DNA of 64,000 nucleotides from an uncultured Rikenellaceae bacterium (GTDB lineage Bacteria; Bacteroidota; Bacteroidia; Bacteroidales; VadinHA17): NCBI GenBank assembly GCA_964577305.1, contig CAZNYS010000005.1, positions 36,193 to 100,192 of the forward strand, read 5' to 3'. Shown piece by piece: positions 46,948 to 55,436 of this stretch (position 1 is its first letter; each line of letters starts with the position of its first letter). The notes under the pieces were generated by a model. It saw only the letters and a program-made list of their open reading frames with translations, ran no database searches and was not told where the DNA came from. The position numbers and the translations under genes were made by a program.

Positions 46948-48636
46948 TCATTCCAAATAATTAATCACGTACAATGCCACAGCCTGTCGATCTAACACAT
47001 CCTCAAAAGTTAGAATGCCATTAGTAATTTTTAAAGGTCCTTCATAACCCGTTTTCTGCAGCATACTTTTTCCCAGCAGTATTTCTTTCTGCTTATGATC
47101 CGGATCCTGCGGTGAGCCCATCTCTTTCCAGGCCGTATAGGAATTACTATGGGATTCATCGATCAAATAACGCTCCACCTTGCATTTTCCGTTTATAAAA
47201 TCCAAACCGGACAGATTCAGGTTTACCCGGGCAGAGAGACCCGTTGTATCATCATCGTGATAATGCCAGGCCATGATGTATATACTGTTCCCGCTTTTGC
47301 TGGCAAACGCCGACACATCAGGTTTCTCCCTCACGCTCTCTTCTAATATTATTTCAAGAGGAACCTGATAATCGCTTATAACCTTAACCCGTTCACCCTC
47401 CATCATGCTGAACATCCTGAACACGTTGAAAACAGGTTTGTTTACTCCGTTGGTTGCCAGAGACCTGAATCCTGCGAAATATGGCTGATCTTCGAATTCA
47501 AAAGCCCATGTCAGTGCTCCTTCCAGTTTGACACTGTGTAATAATGCAAGGTCCATCTTTCTCACGAAACTTGCAGCTGTATAGCTGGAGTACATGGTAC
47601 CGTTCCGATATCCAAGAGATTCACCCTGGCAGGCAGCACAACCCTCCGGATCAGACTCGCCTATTATTATTGGTATTCCATCCAGTTCGGGGTACGATGA
47701 AACCATTTCAAACCCCCTTTTTATGGTTGATAGCTGCCGACCCATGTTCATCCTTACATGGCCGTTAACATAAACCGGGCTACCTTTTGCATGAAAGGCT
47801 ACAAAATTAAGCTGTGTACCTGTTTCGCCTGTTACGTAATTCACTCCCCTGAGGCTGTGTTCAATGAAATCCCTTATAAAGCTACCCCCGTGTCCAGCCA
47901 CATCGGGGCCACCTACTTTAGCCTGGGGGAGAGCCCTGAGAACTGATTCAATTGCATAATCGTGAAGCTTGAAGAATTCTTCCCGGGTACCCTGCCAGTA
48001 ATCTATATTTGGTTCGTTCCATGTTTCCCAGTACCATTGCTTAACCTCGTCCTCCCCATAACGATCAATACAGTGAAGCACCCAGTTATAGACCAGATCC
48101 CCCCATTTTTTGAAATCATCCGGTGGGTAAGCCCATCCGGTATAAACTTTGGAATATGGTAATGATGGATCCCAGAAATGTCTGTACGGTTCTGGGTTCA
48201 CCGACAGAGCCTGAGGCATGAATCCGATCTCAATATATGGTCTTACCCCGTTATTTATATAGGCATCAAAAATACTGTCAAGTATGTCCCAGTAATAAAC
48301 AGGACTCCCTGTCTCATCCTCTGTATATGCATTCGTTGATCCCCATTTAAGGTCTGCCGAACCATCACCGGAGGTAAGCAGGTTATGTGTCCTGAAGAAA
48401 ACCTCGCCGGGCCTGAGTGAACCCAGGTTTCCAAGTAGCTTTCTCCCGTTCTTCATATACGCATAGTTGGGCTCATCAGCACCAAAATATCTCCATATAT
48501 GATTCACAGGTCCAAGACCGAAAGAAACATCAACCTGAATATTAACATCGAATGAATCCTGACCTGTAACCGGGCTTGAAAATGAAATTACTATTAACGT
48601 AATTAAACCTGATAATCTGATGATTGACCTGTTCAT
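46948..48636 (-). CDS. GH39-like glycoside hydrolase (TIM-barrel, clan GH-A)
   Basis: YWETWNEPN (NEP acid/base motif) and IIIGESDPEG (candidate nucleophile Glu). ATG at 48636. Confidence 0.55.
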   Translation of the reverse strand: MNRSIIRLSGLITLIVISFSSPVTGQDSFDVNIQVDVSFGLGPVNHIWRYFGADEPNYAYMKNGRKLLGNLGSLRPGEVFFRTHNLLTSGDGSADLKWGSTNAYTEDETGSPVYYWDILDSIFDAYINNGVRPYIEIGFMPQALSVNPEPYRHFWDPSLPYSKVYTGWAYPPDDFKKWGDLVYNWVLHCIDRYGEDEVKQWYWETWNEPNIDYWQGTREEFFKLHDYAIESVLRALPQAKVGGPDVAGHGGSFIRDFIEHSLRGVNYVTGETGTQLNFVAFHAKGSPVYVNGHVRMNMGRQLSTIKRGFEMVSSYPELDGIPIIIGESDPEGCAACQGESLGYRNGTMYSSYTAASFVRKMDLALLHSVKLEGALTWAFEFEDQPYFAGFRSLATNGVNKPVFNVFRMFSMMEGERVKVISDYQVPLEIILEESVREKPDVSAFASKSGNSIYIMAWHYHDDDTTGLSARVNLNLSGLDFINGKCKVERYLIDESHSNSYTAWKEMGSPQDPDHKQKEILLGKSMLQKTGYEGPLKITNGILTFEDVLDRQAVALYVINYLE

Positions 48637-48891
48637 CTCCAATTGTTTTATGTTTGGTGCGTAAGAACATTTTTTATAGAAATCGTTTTTTAATGCTCTA
48701 ACAACATAATAGCACTTTAGAAATACTAATAATTGTATTTATTACACTAATTATACTAAATTACGAAATACCTGAAACCTGAGTTCATCAGGCCGGTATT
48801 TTTTTTGTTTTGATTATATATTAACATACTTTAACTTTATTGTTTGCTTATGTGAAAATCAGTAACAAAATAAAACTAACACCTTTCAGAC

Positions 48892-51618
48892 ATGAAACAA
48901 ATAGTATTTCTTTTCACATTATTTTCTTTAATTATAGGGGCTTGTGCACCTGAGGAGAATCAAAGTGTTGTTTCCAATGACTACTGGAAACTTGAATATG
49001 ACGAAAGGGGTATCACGAAGATTGTTAGTGCAGATGATCCGTATCAGGCCAGTGTCATTGACGGCAGGCTTGATACAGAGGTACGATTCAGGATGAACCG
49101 GGGAGAGTGGCAGTCAGTATTCAGGAGGAGGCAGGTAGATGCAGATGACAGTGTGATACGTGTCACGGATTATGAACCGGGAATGCCTTTTTCTCTTGAA
49201 CAAACATTCAGCCTGGTAGATGACGCCCTCGAATGGGATATTGTAATAGAGAATCGTATGTATTATCACGTGGATATCGGGGACATATACATTGATTTTC
49301 CCATGAGTTACTCATCAGGAAGGGAACAGGTGGACCTTTTCGAAGGTGGCTACCTGAGGCATATTTTTGTGGCAGGAGATGGCTCTTTCCTTTTCTTCAC
49401 AAAACGTAGTGGTAATCCGCCATATTTTATATTAACAGTAAAACCCGGGACAGGCCTGGAGTATTATGACAATAATTCCTACTTCATCCATTCCGGGCTT
49501 TCAGGTAACCGGCAGAGAGGAACATGGAGGCAGGAGCATACCTATACCGAACTCGAGCCAAAAGGACAGGGAAAAGACAGGATTACCTATGGTTTCAGGA
49601 TGCAGTGGGCTGACAGTTACGATGAACTGAGGAATATAATATACGAGAACGGCCTGATGGATATTCGTGTAGTCCCAGGCATGACCCTGCCCCAGGACCT
49701 GGAGGCAAAATTCTCATTACACACAAAAGCGGATATAGACTCTGTCATTGCCGAGTTTCCCGATCAGACTGAGCTTAGTTATGCCAATGATGCTGAACCA
49801 GACCACCATATTTATAATGTTAAATTCAATCGCCTCGGTGAGAACATGCTTACAGTATATTTTAACGGTGGCCGCAAGACCTACCTTGAGTTTTTTTCTA
49901 CAGAACCGGTTGAGACACTCCTGAAGAAGAGATGCTCTTTCATAGTGAATAATCAGCAGCATCGCAATCCGGAGCTATGGTATGATGGTCTCTTCTCCAT
50001 ATGGGATATGAAAAGCAGTGTCCTCAGGGGTCCTGATAATACTGATGGTGTGTTTGAAGGATGGTATGGGTACAGGGTAGCTTCTGATGATCCCATTCTT
50101 GGCATCCCTGCCTTCCTGGCTTCCGTCAATGCTCTTTATCCTGACGATAAACAAATAGAAGCACTGGAGCACCATATTGAACATTTTGTATGGGGAGGAC
50201 TGCAACGAACCGACCGGGAGACATACCCGTATGGAATTCATGGTGTACCCAACTGGAAAGTTGCCCGTGACACAATGCTACGGGCAAAGATTGAAAACAG
50301 GAGGCTTAATATAATAAAGATATGGCGCACATTTGACTATCCCCATATGATTATGCTGTACTATCATATGTTCCAGATCGCTGACCGTTACCCTGATAAA
50401 GTGGAATACCTGGATGCGGATGGCTACCTGGAAAGAGCATGGCAGACAGCACGTTCATTTTTCGAGTACCCTTATGAAATATATCCCATATACGAAATTT
50501 ACAAGTGGGGTAATTATAATGAGATGCTTATTCCAAAATTGATACGGGTGCTTGAAGAAAGAGGCAGAAATGATGAAGCCGGCTGGCTTCGTGACGAATG
50601 GGAAAAGAAGGCCAAATATTTCATCTATGACGATCCCTATCCCTATGCTTCTGAATTTGCAACTGACCGGACTGCCTTCGAGTCAACATATGCCTTCGCC
50701 AAATATGGTGCGACCAATGATATGAAACCCGATGAAAACCTGTGGTATGACAAGAATGAGGAAATATGGTACTCGCACCCTGAAGTAAGCCGCCAGGATG
50801 CACTTGAATTCATGGAAAGGCAGCTTTATGCCTCCCTGTCCACACGCGGGTGGCTGGAAACACAGTATTACAGGCTGGGAAGTGATGTACGGGATGATGC
50901 AAGACTCAGTTACATGTCCAGGATGGGAGGCTGGGCTGTACTGGATTATGGTATACGGTTTGCAGATAATCCTTATGATTGGCTACAGCATGGTTATGCA
51001 AGTTATTTAAGCTCATTCTGCCTGATGAATACAGGCCGGCCTGAAACAAATTATGGTTTCTGGGCACCAGGGGCACAGAACGACGGTGCCCTGAGCCAGG
51101 CATTCCAGCCTACCAAGCATGACAGGACATGGATGGGGTATGAAGAGGACCGCGGTCCGTGGAGGTATGACAGTGAACAAAACCTCGGAATGGGTGCGGT
51201 AACGCGCATGGCATCAGCTATGCTGGCCGATGACCCCTTATTCGGGTGGTTTGCCTATGGTGCCAGACTGACAGAAGATGATGATAAATTTAATGTATGG
51301 CCAGGGGATGGTGTGAGAATACGATTCTGGCTCATAGATGACGAAAGGCGTGTTGGTGTTGAACTGGAAAGGGACGGATTCAGCAGGGATAATCCCATAG
51401 TAATAGATAAGAATAAAGACAGGATCGAATTCATAATTGAGAACAGAACGGGGGACAGGCACAATACCCGGATGGTTCTTAATGCAGATGAGCCCGGAAA
51501 ATGGATATTAAGCCTTGATGGCGAAAATATTGAGGGTGAAATGAAGGATGGAAAAGCTGTTTTCAACCTGGCTGTTGAAAAAACGGAGCAGAAACTGGTC
51601 CTTGAGAAATCATCATAG
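48892..51618 (+). CDS. Large (908 aa) lipoprotein of unknown function, paralog of 44098..46869
   Basis: Lipobox IIGAC. Colinear similarity with the 923-aa protein over most of its length (roughly half the residues identical by eye). Confidence 0.7.
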   Translation: MKQIVFLFTLFSLIIGACAPEENQSVVSNDYWKLEYDERGITKIVSADDPYQASVIDGRLDTEVRFRMNRGEWQSVFRRRQVDADDSVIRVTDYEPGMPFSLEQTFSLVDDALEWDIVIENRMYYHVDIGDIYIDFPMSYSSGREQVDLFEGGYLRHIFVAGDGSFLFFTKRSGNPPYFILTVKPGTGLEYYDNNSYFIHSGLSGNRQRGTWRQEHTYTELEPKGQGKDRITYGFRMQWADSYDELRNIIYENGLMDIRVVPGMTLPQDLEAKFSLHTKADIDSVIAEFPDQTELSYANDAEPDHHIYNVKFNRLGENMLTVYFNGGRKTYLEFFSTEPVETLLKKRCSFIVNNQQHRNPELWYDGLFSIWDMKSSVLRGPDNTDGVFEGWYGYRVASDDPILGIPAFLASVNALYPDDKQIEALEHHIEHFVWGGLQRTDRETYPYGIHGVPNWKVARDTMLRAKIENRRLNIIKIWRTFDYPHMIMLYYHMFQIADRYPDKVEYLDADGYLERAWQTARSFFEYPYEIYPIYEIYKWGNYNEMLIPKLIRVLEERGRNDEAGWLRDEWEKKAKYFIYDDPYPYASEFATDRTAFESTYAFAKYGATNDMKPDENLWYDKNEEIWYSHPEVSRQDALEFMERQLYASLSTRGWLETQYYRLGSDVRDDARLSYMSRMGGWAVLDYGIRFADNPYDWLQHGYASYLSSFCLMNTGRPETNYGFWAPGAQNDGALSQAFQPTKHDRTWMGYEEDRGPWRYDSEQNLGMGAVTRMASAMLADDPLFGWFAYGARLTEDDDKFNVWPGDGVRIRFWLIDDERRVGVELERDGFSRDNPIVIDKNKDRIEFIIENRTGDRHNTRMVLNADEPGKWILSLDGENIEGEMKDGKAVFNLAVEKTEQKLVLEKSS

Positions 51619-51644
51619 GAACTTTCACCGTAACCTATTTAAAA

Positions 51645-51657
51645 TCCCCGGAGGGGA
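51645..51657. terminator. Short GC hairpin after the 908-aa gene
   Basis: tccccggagggga; flanked by aaaa on the + strand (tttt on the - strand). Confidence 0.45.
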
Positions 51658-51697
51658 TAAATAAGTATAGCTCCGGGAATTCGGGGGCGAAGTCGGA

Positions 51698-52053
51698 GGT
51701 GCTGAATAACAATAATCCAAACATTACTCCGGTTGGATATTTTCAGCACCCCTTTTAAGTGGTTTTTGTGGAATCTCATGCGGGGCGAATCATTCATAAA
51801 GGGCGCGGAAAAATTCATCACCCTTCGATGCGCCCTTCGGGCTTACTCAGGGACCTTTGGCCGGTGGAACGAAACTGCTTTGAGTACCAGAATAGTAATT
51901 GTCAAGGATTATCAATAAGTGGGACTGCCATTGAGATGAACGATGCAACTTAGTGCTGGCAGGAAACACCAATTAGTGTACTAACCCAAGGTCCCTGAGC
52001 GCCCTGACTGAGCGACTTGTGCTGAGATTGTCGAAGCAAGCGATAGTCAGGGC
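51698..52053. repeat. Repeat-family copy B: leader hairpin, core, IR-bracketed ~150-bp segment, distal stem
   Basis: A leader hairpin pairs ggtgctgaa with ttcagcacc (51698..51750), and the core lies at 51754..51829. IR-L is ctcagggacctttgg (51846..51860) and IR-R is cccaaggtccctgag (51985..51999). A distal stem pairs gccctgact (52001..52009) with agtcagggc (52045..52053). The element ends 12 nt from the FISUMP gene stop. Confidence 0.8.
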
Positions 52054-52064
52054 AGGTAGGTAAA

Positions 52065-52673
52065 TTAATCCATGATGCAACGGACAGAAAAACCAGACTC
52101 CTCATTGGAGTAGTACCTGAGCACACTGCTGCTACCAAAAGACATGATCCGGTACCAGGCGTAAATGGGATTGAGCTCTGTAGAACTCCACCAGGTGTCG
52201 TAGCGGCCAATGTAGCTGAAAGTCCCATAGTAGTAGCTGCCACCCGGAAGGGCTGTAAAGCCGGTTTCGTTGGTCGCACCAGCATTGGGAGGATTCCAGT
52301 GCGAGGTGCCGTTTTCTTTAAGTTTGCCTCCGGCTATTTCCTCTCCACCGAGATAATCAGTAAGCTGTGTCCACTCTGAATCGCTAGGTAAATGCCAACC
52401 TGAAGGACAAACTGTTTTTGCGGTTTCCCAATTATATAACCGTCCGTAAATCGCTTCGTTTGAACTATTATTGTCATAGGCCCAACTTCCGTTACCCGGG
52501 TTATAACTTAAATTCTCTGCCATCCATATCTGTTTGCCTATTTGAACAGTTTTATAGGTTTTGCCATCTCTAAAATCTGTGAAAGTACCTGGATTAGTTG
52601 AGTCATTAACTTGTGAATAAGACAAGTTCAATGTTATGATGAAAGCTGAGAAAACAAATGCTATGCCTTTCAT
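52065..52673 (-). CDS. Fibrobacter succinogenes major paralogous (FISUMP, TIGR02145-type) lectin-fold domain protein
   Basis: FTDFRDGKTYKTVQIGKQIWMAENL...YGRLYNW...CPSGWHLPSDSEW...GFTALPGG...WWSST...GFSVRCIMD. A textbook FISUMP pattern with a signal peptide. Confidence 0.85.
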   Translation of the reverse strand: MKGIAFVFSAFIITLNLSYSQVNDSTNPGTFTDFRDGKTYKTVQIGKQIWMAENLSYNPGNGSWAYDNNSSNEAIYGRLYNWETAKTVCPSGWHLPSDSEWTQLTDYLGGEEIAGGKLKENGTSHWNPPNAGATNETGFTALPGGSYYYGTFSYIGRYDTWWSSTELNPIYAWYRIMSFGSSSVLRYYSNEESGFSVRCIMD

Positions 52674-52830
52674 AATATTTAAGGATAAGAGGTTAAAGAA
52701 TTATTGATCGAATTTACACAATCAGATAGCTATAGCCAAAAATTTTATGTAGTACAATTACTTAAAACCATATATATTATTATAATTGTAGAGCCTCCTG
52801 TGATTTCTTAATCTCGTTAATATTTTAAAA

Positions 52831-52985
52831 GCCACCCATCATTATTAGACAGGTGGCATTCAATGCCCTTTTTCAGTGGTTTTTGTGATATCTCATGCGG
52901 GGCGAATCATTCATAAAGGGCGCGGAAAAATTCAACACCCTTCGATGCGTCCTTCGGGCTTCCTCGAGATGAAGATATGTACGAT
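52831..52985. repeat. Repeat-family copy C (short form: hairpin + core, no IR pair)
   Basis: A hairpin pairs gccaccc with aggtggc (52831..52857), and the core lies at 52866..52944. Copy C diverges from copy B exactly where B's left IR begins (gggcttcCTCgag versus gggcttaCTCaggg). Confidence 0.8.
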
Positions 52986-53003
52986 GCCATTGAATAATGG
53001 ACA

Positions 53004-55394
53004 TTACTTATCAAAAAACCATTTCAGCTGCTTCTTTACTTGAGGTTCACTCATAACTTCTTTATAAGCATTTTTTCTCCTATCAGCTTCCTCCATTTTT
53101 TTTCTTACGATAGCCTGAAATCTTTCTTCCTGGCGAATACCATCAAGGAGAGGATCATTATCAACATACCACAATGTGAACCATCCGTAATTTGCAGCAC
53201 TGTCCAGTAGCATATAAGCTTCCTCCTTATTGCCTAAAAAGGCGTTGACAATTCCTAAATCATAATAGTAATTCCTGGTATTCCAAACTCCATATCCTCT
53301 TAAACCCTTCTGTGTTTCCTGATCTCGTTTCATCTGCTCATGAAAAAGTGACATTGCTTCTTCTTTTTCACCTTTTAACCATTTAACATATGCTAGGCGG
53401 TGTCTGAATGGAACATACTGAGAAGTATCACTATATTCATGTTCTATTTCATTGTATTTGGACCAATATTCTTCTGCCTTGTCAAGATTTCCTGATAGTA
53501 AATAAGTCCATCCAAGCCTATCAATTATCTCTCCATCCATAGGGTTAGTAGTTAAAACATCCTCGTAAATTTCAATTGCTTCCGGATACTTTGCTAATCC
53601 ATGAGAATATAAATCTCCTAATGCATAAGATGAATAAGAACCGGGTTTAAGTTTTATTGCTTGTAGATATAACATTTCAGCCTTTTCATACTCATCAATA
53701 TTTTCATACATCTTTCCCCAATTGAAGTAATAATTGGGATCTTTTTTAGTGTATTCCAACTCGATCCCTTTCACAATCATCGAAGCTCCAAGTTTATAAT
53801 TTTCTTCATTTAAATAAATAGTTCCAAGGGAGTGTAAAACATCAGGATTACTAGGAGCAAGTTTATAGGCTCTTTGTAAGTCGTTTTTAGATTCTTCCTG
53901 TCTTCCAAGATGGTCGCGATAAATGGCACTACGCAAAATATATCCTTCTGGTAACGAAGGATTTAATTTGATGGCCTTCCCCGATAAAGCGAGAGCAGAG
54001 TCGATCCATATTTCAGGAGGGATTCCAAAATTTCTCATCCCATAATGCAAGGTTCTACCAATACCATAATAACCTAAGGCAAAATCAGGATCAAGGTCAA
54101 TGGATTGTTCATATAATTGAAGGATGTTTTCAAGTACTTGTTTCTCTCCATTCCAATCATACCAAATCTGACGTGCTTTGAGATAATAATCGTAGGCAGT
54201 TATATCCATTGATGCTTCTAGGCTAATATTTCCCCTTTCCGATTCAGTTAACTTAACCTGAAGTGTATTAGCAATTTCAATGGCAATTTCACTCTGTATG
54301 CTGAATATGTCTGTAATTTCCCTGTCAAATGTCTCTGACCAAATATGTATATCCTTTTTTACATCAATAAGCTGAGCTACGATCCGCACTTTATTGCCTG
54401 CTTTTCGTACACTACCTTCGAGTATAATATCAACACTTAATTCATCGCCTATCTCCGGGATGGTTTTTGTACTTCCCTTGTACTGAAGGGTAGATGTTCT
54501 GGACTTAACATTCAAATCTGCAATCTTTGAGAGATGATTCAATATGTCTTCAGTCATTCCATCGCTAAAGTACTCTTGTTCGGGATCATTACTCAGGTTA
54601 TTAAAGGGCAACACCGCAATTGACTTTTCAAGCTGCTCTGAGGATCTAACCAGTTTTGGAATAATGAAAAATCCAAGGGCAATTAATAGCACCAGAATAA
54701 TAGATCCAATTATGACTTTCAAATTCCGATCTTTCTTTTGTACAGGCTTTACAATAATTGATTCTCCTGTAACTTCTTCATCCTGATGATCATGTTTCTT
54801 TAAGGCACTTATAATCTCTTTAACCGCATTAGCAACCTTGTTGATCTGATCCCGATAGTATGTTTTGTTGAGATTGTCCTGCGGGTGATCCTCATTGGCC
54901 CGTAAAGGTCTGTTTACACCAGCTGACTTATAGATAAACTCTATGCAGCGAAGAACTCCTCCTAACTCAGTTTCTAAGAGTGTCTTATCTTCCGGTTCAA
55001 GATCATGAATTTTAACTGGCAGTATTCTGCTTGCTACATTACCATTGGGTAGTTTTACCTTCAATCCAAACTGATCCTTTGAAGCCTGTTCAACAAATGC
55101 TTTAAACTCATGCTCCCATGCAAATGACTTGGGATCGCAATATGTTCGGGAGATAATTGGAATAAAGACCAAACACTTTAGTTTCTCTTTCAAAGATTCA
55201 TCAACATCGTGTGTTTCCAAGAGTCCATCATGGGGATTGATGTCGAAATAAACGCTGATTTCTTCCTTGAAGGTGGATTCAAGTTCCCCCTTCAGGTTAT
55301 TAACAAACCTGGTTACCCAGCCATCATGTTTGTTGTCTTTCTGGCGGTAGCTTACAAAGATGTCGTATTCGTAACCGGGGATTAGGCTGGCCAT
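53004..55394 (-). CDS. TIR domain - transmembrane - TolB-N-like - TPR repeat protein
   Basis: The N-terminus YDIFVSYRQKD...FIPIISRTYCDPKSFAWEHEF is TIR-like. SFAWEHEF aligns with the SxWCxxEL motif, making E96 the candidate catalytic Glu. There is one TM helix (VIIGSIILVLLIALGFFIIP). SIAVLPFNNLSNDPEQEYFSDGMTEDI is the module seen in adenylate-cyclase/TPR sensors, and the C-terminal ~400 aa are TPR repeats. Confidence 0.8.
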   Translation of the reverse strand: MASLIPGYEYDIFVSYRQKDNKHDGWVTRFVNNLKGELESTFKEEISVYFDINPHDGLLETHDVDESLKEKLKCLVFIPIISRTYCDPKSFAWEHEFKAFVEQASKDQFGLKVKLPNGNVASRILPVKIHDLEPEDKTLLETELGGVLRCIEFIYKSAGVNRPLRANEDHPQDNLNKTYYRDQINKVANAVKEIISALKKHDHQDEEVTGESIIVKPVQKKDRNLKVIIGSIILVLLIALGFFIIPKLVRSSEQLEKSIAVLPFNNLSNDPEQEYFSDGMTEDILNHLSKIADLNVKSRTSTLQYKGSTKTIPEIGDELSVDIILEGSVRKAGNKVRIVAQLIDVKKDIHIWSETFDREITDIFSIQSEIAIEIANTLQVKLTESERGNISLEASMDITAYDYYLKARQIWYDWNGEKQVLENILQLYEQSIDLDPDFALGYYGIGRTLHYGMRNFGIPPEIWIDSALALSGKAIKLNPSLPEGYILRSAIYRDHLGRQEESKNDLQRAYKLAPSNPDVLHSLGTIYLNEENYKLGASMIVKGIELEYTKKDPNYYFNWGKMYENIDEYEKAEMLYLQAIKLKPGSYSSYALGDLYSHGLAKYPEAIEIYEDVLTTNPMDGEIIDRLGWTYLLSGNLDKAEEYWSKYNEIEHEYSDTSQYVPFRHRLAYVKWLKGEKEEAMSLFHEQMKRDQETQKGLRGYGVWNTRNYYYDLGIVNAFLGNKEEAYMLLDSAANYGWFTLWYVDNDPLLDGIRQEERFQAIVRKKMEEADRRKNAYKEVMSEPQVKKQLKWFFDK

Positions 55395-55436
55395 GTTAAC
55401 ATTTCATTTTAATAAAATTACGAAAAAAAATAACAA

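Noticed and set aside
52065-52230. Diversity-generating retroelement targeting the FISUMP lectin C-terminus
   Set aside because: The fold is a classic DGR target. However, I found no reverse transcriptase, no Avd, and no template-repeat copy of this segment anywhere in the 64 kb. It is kept only as a whole-genome check.
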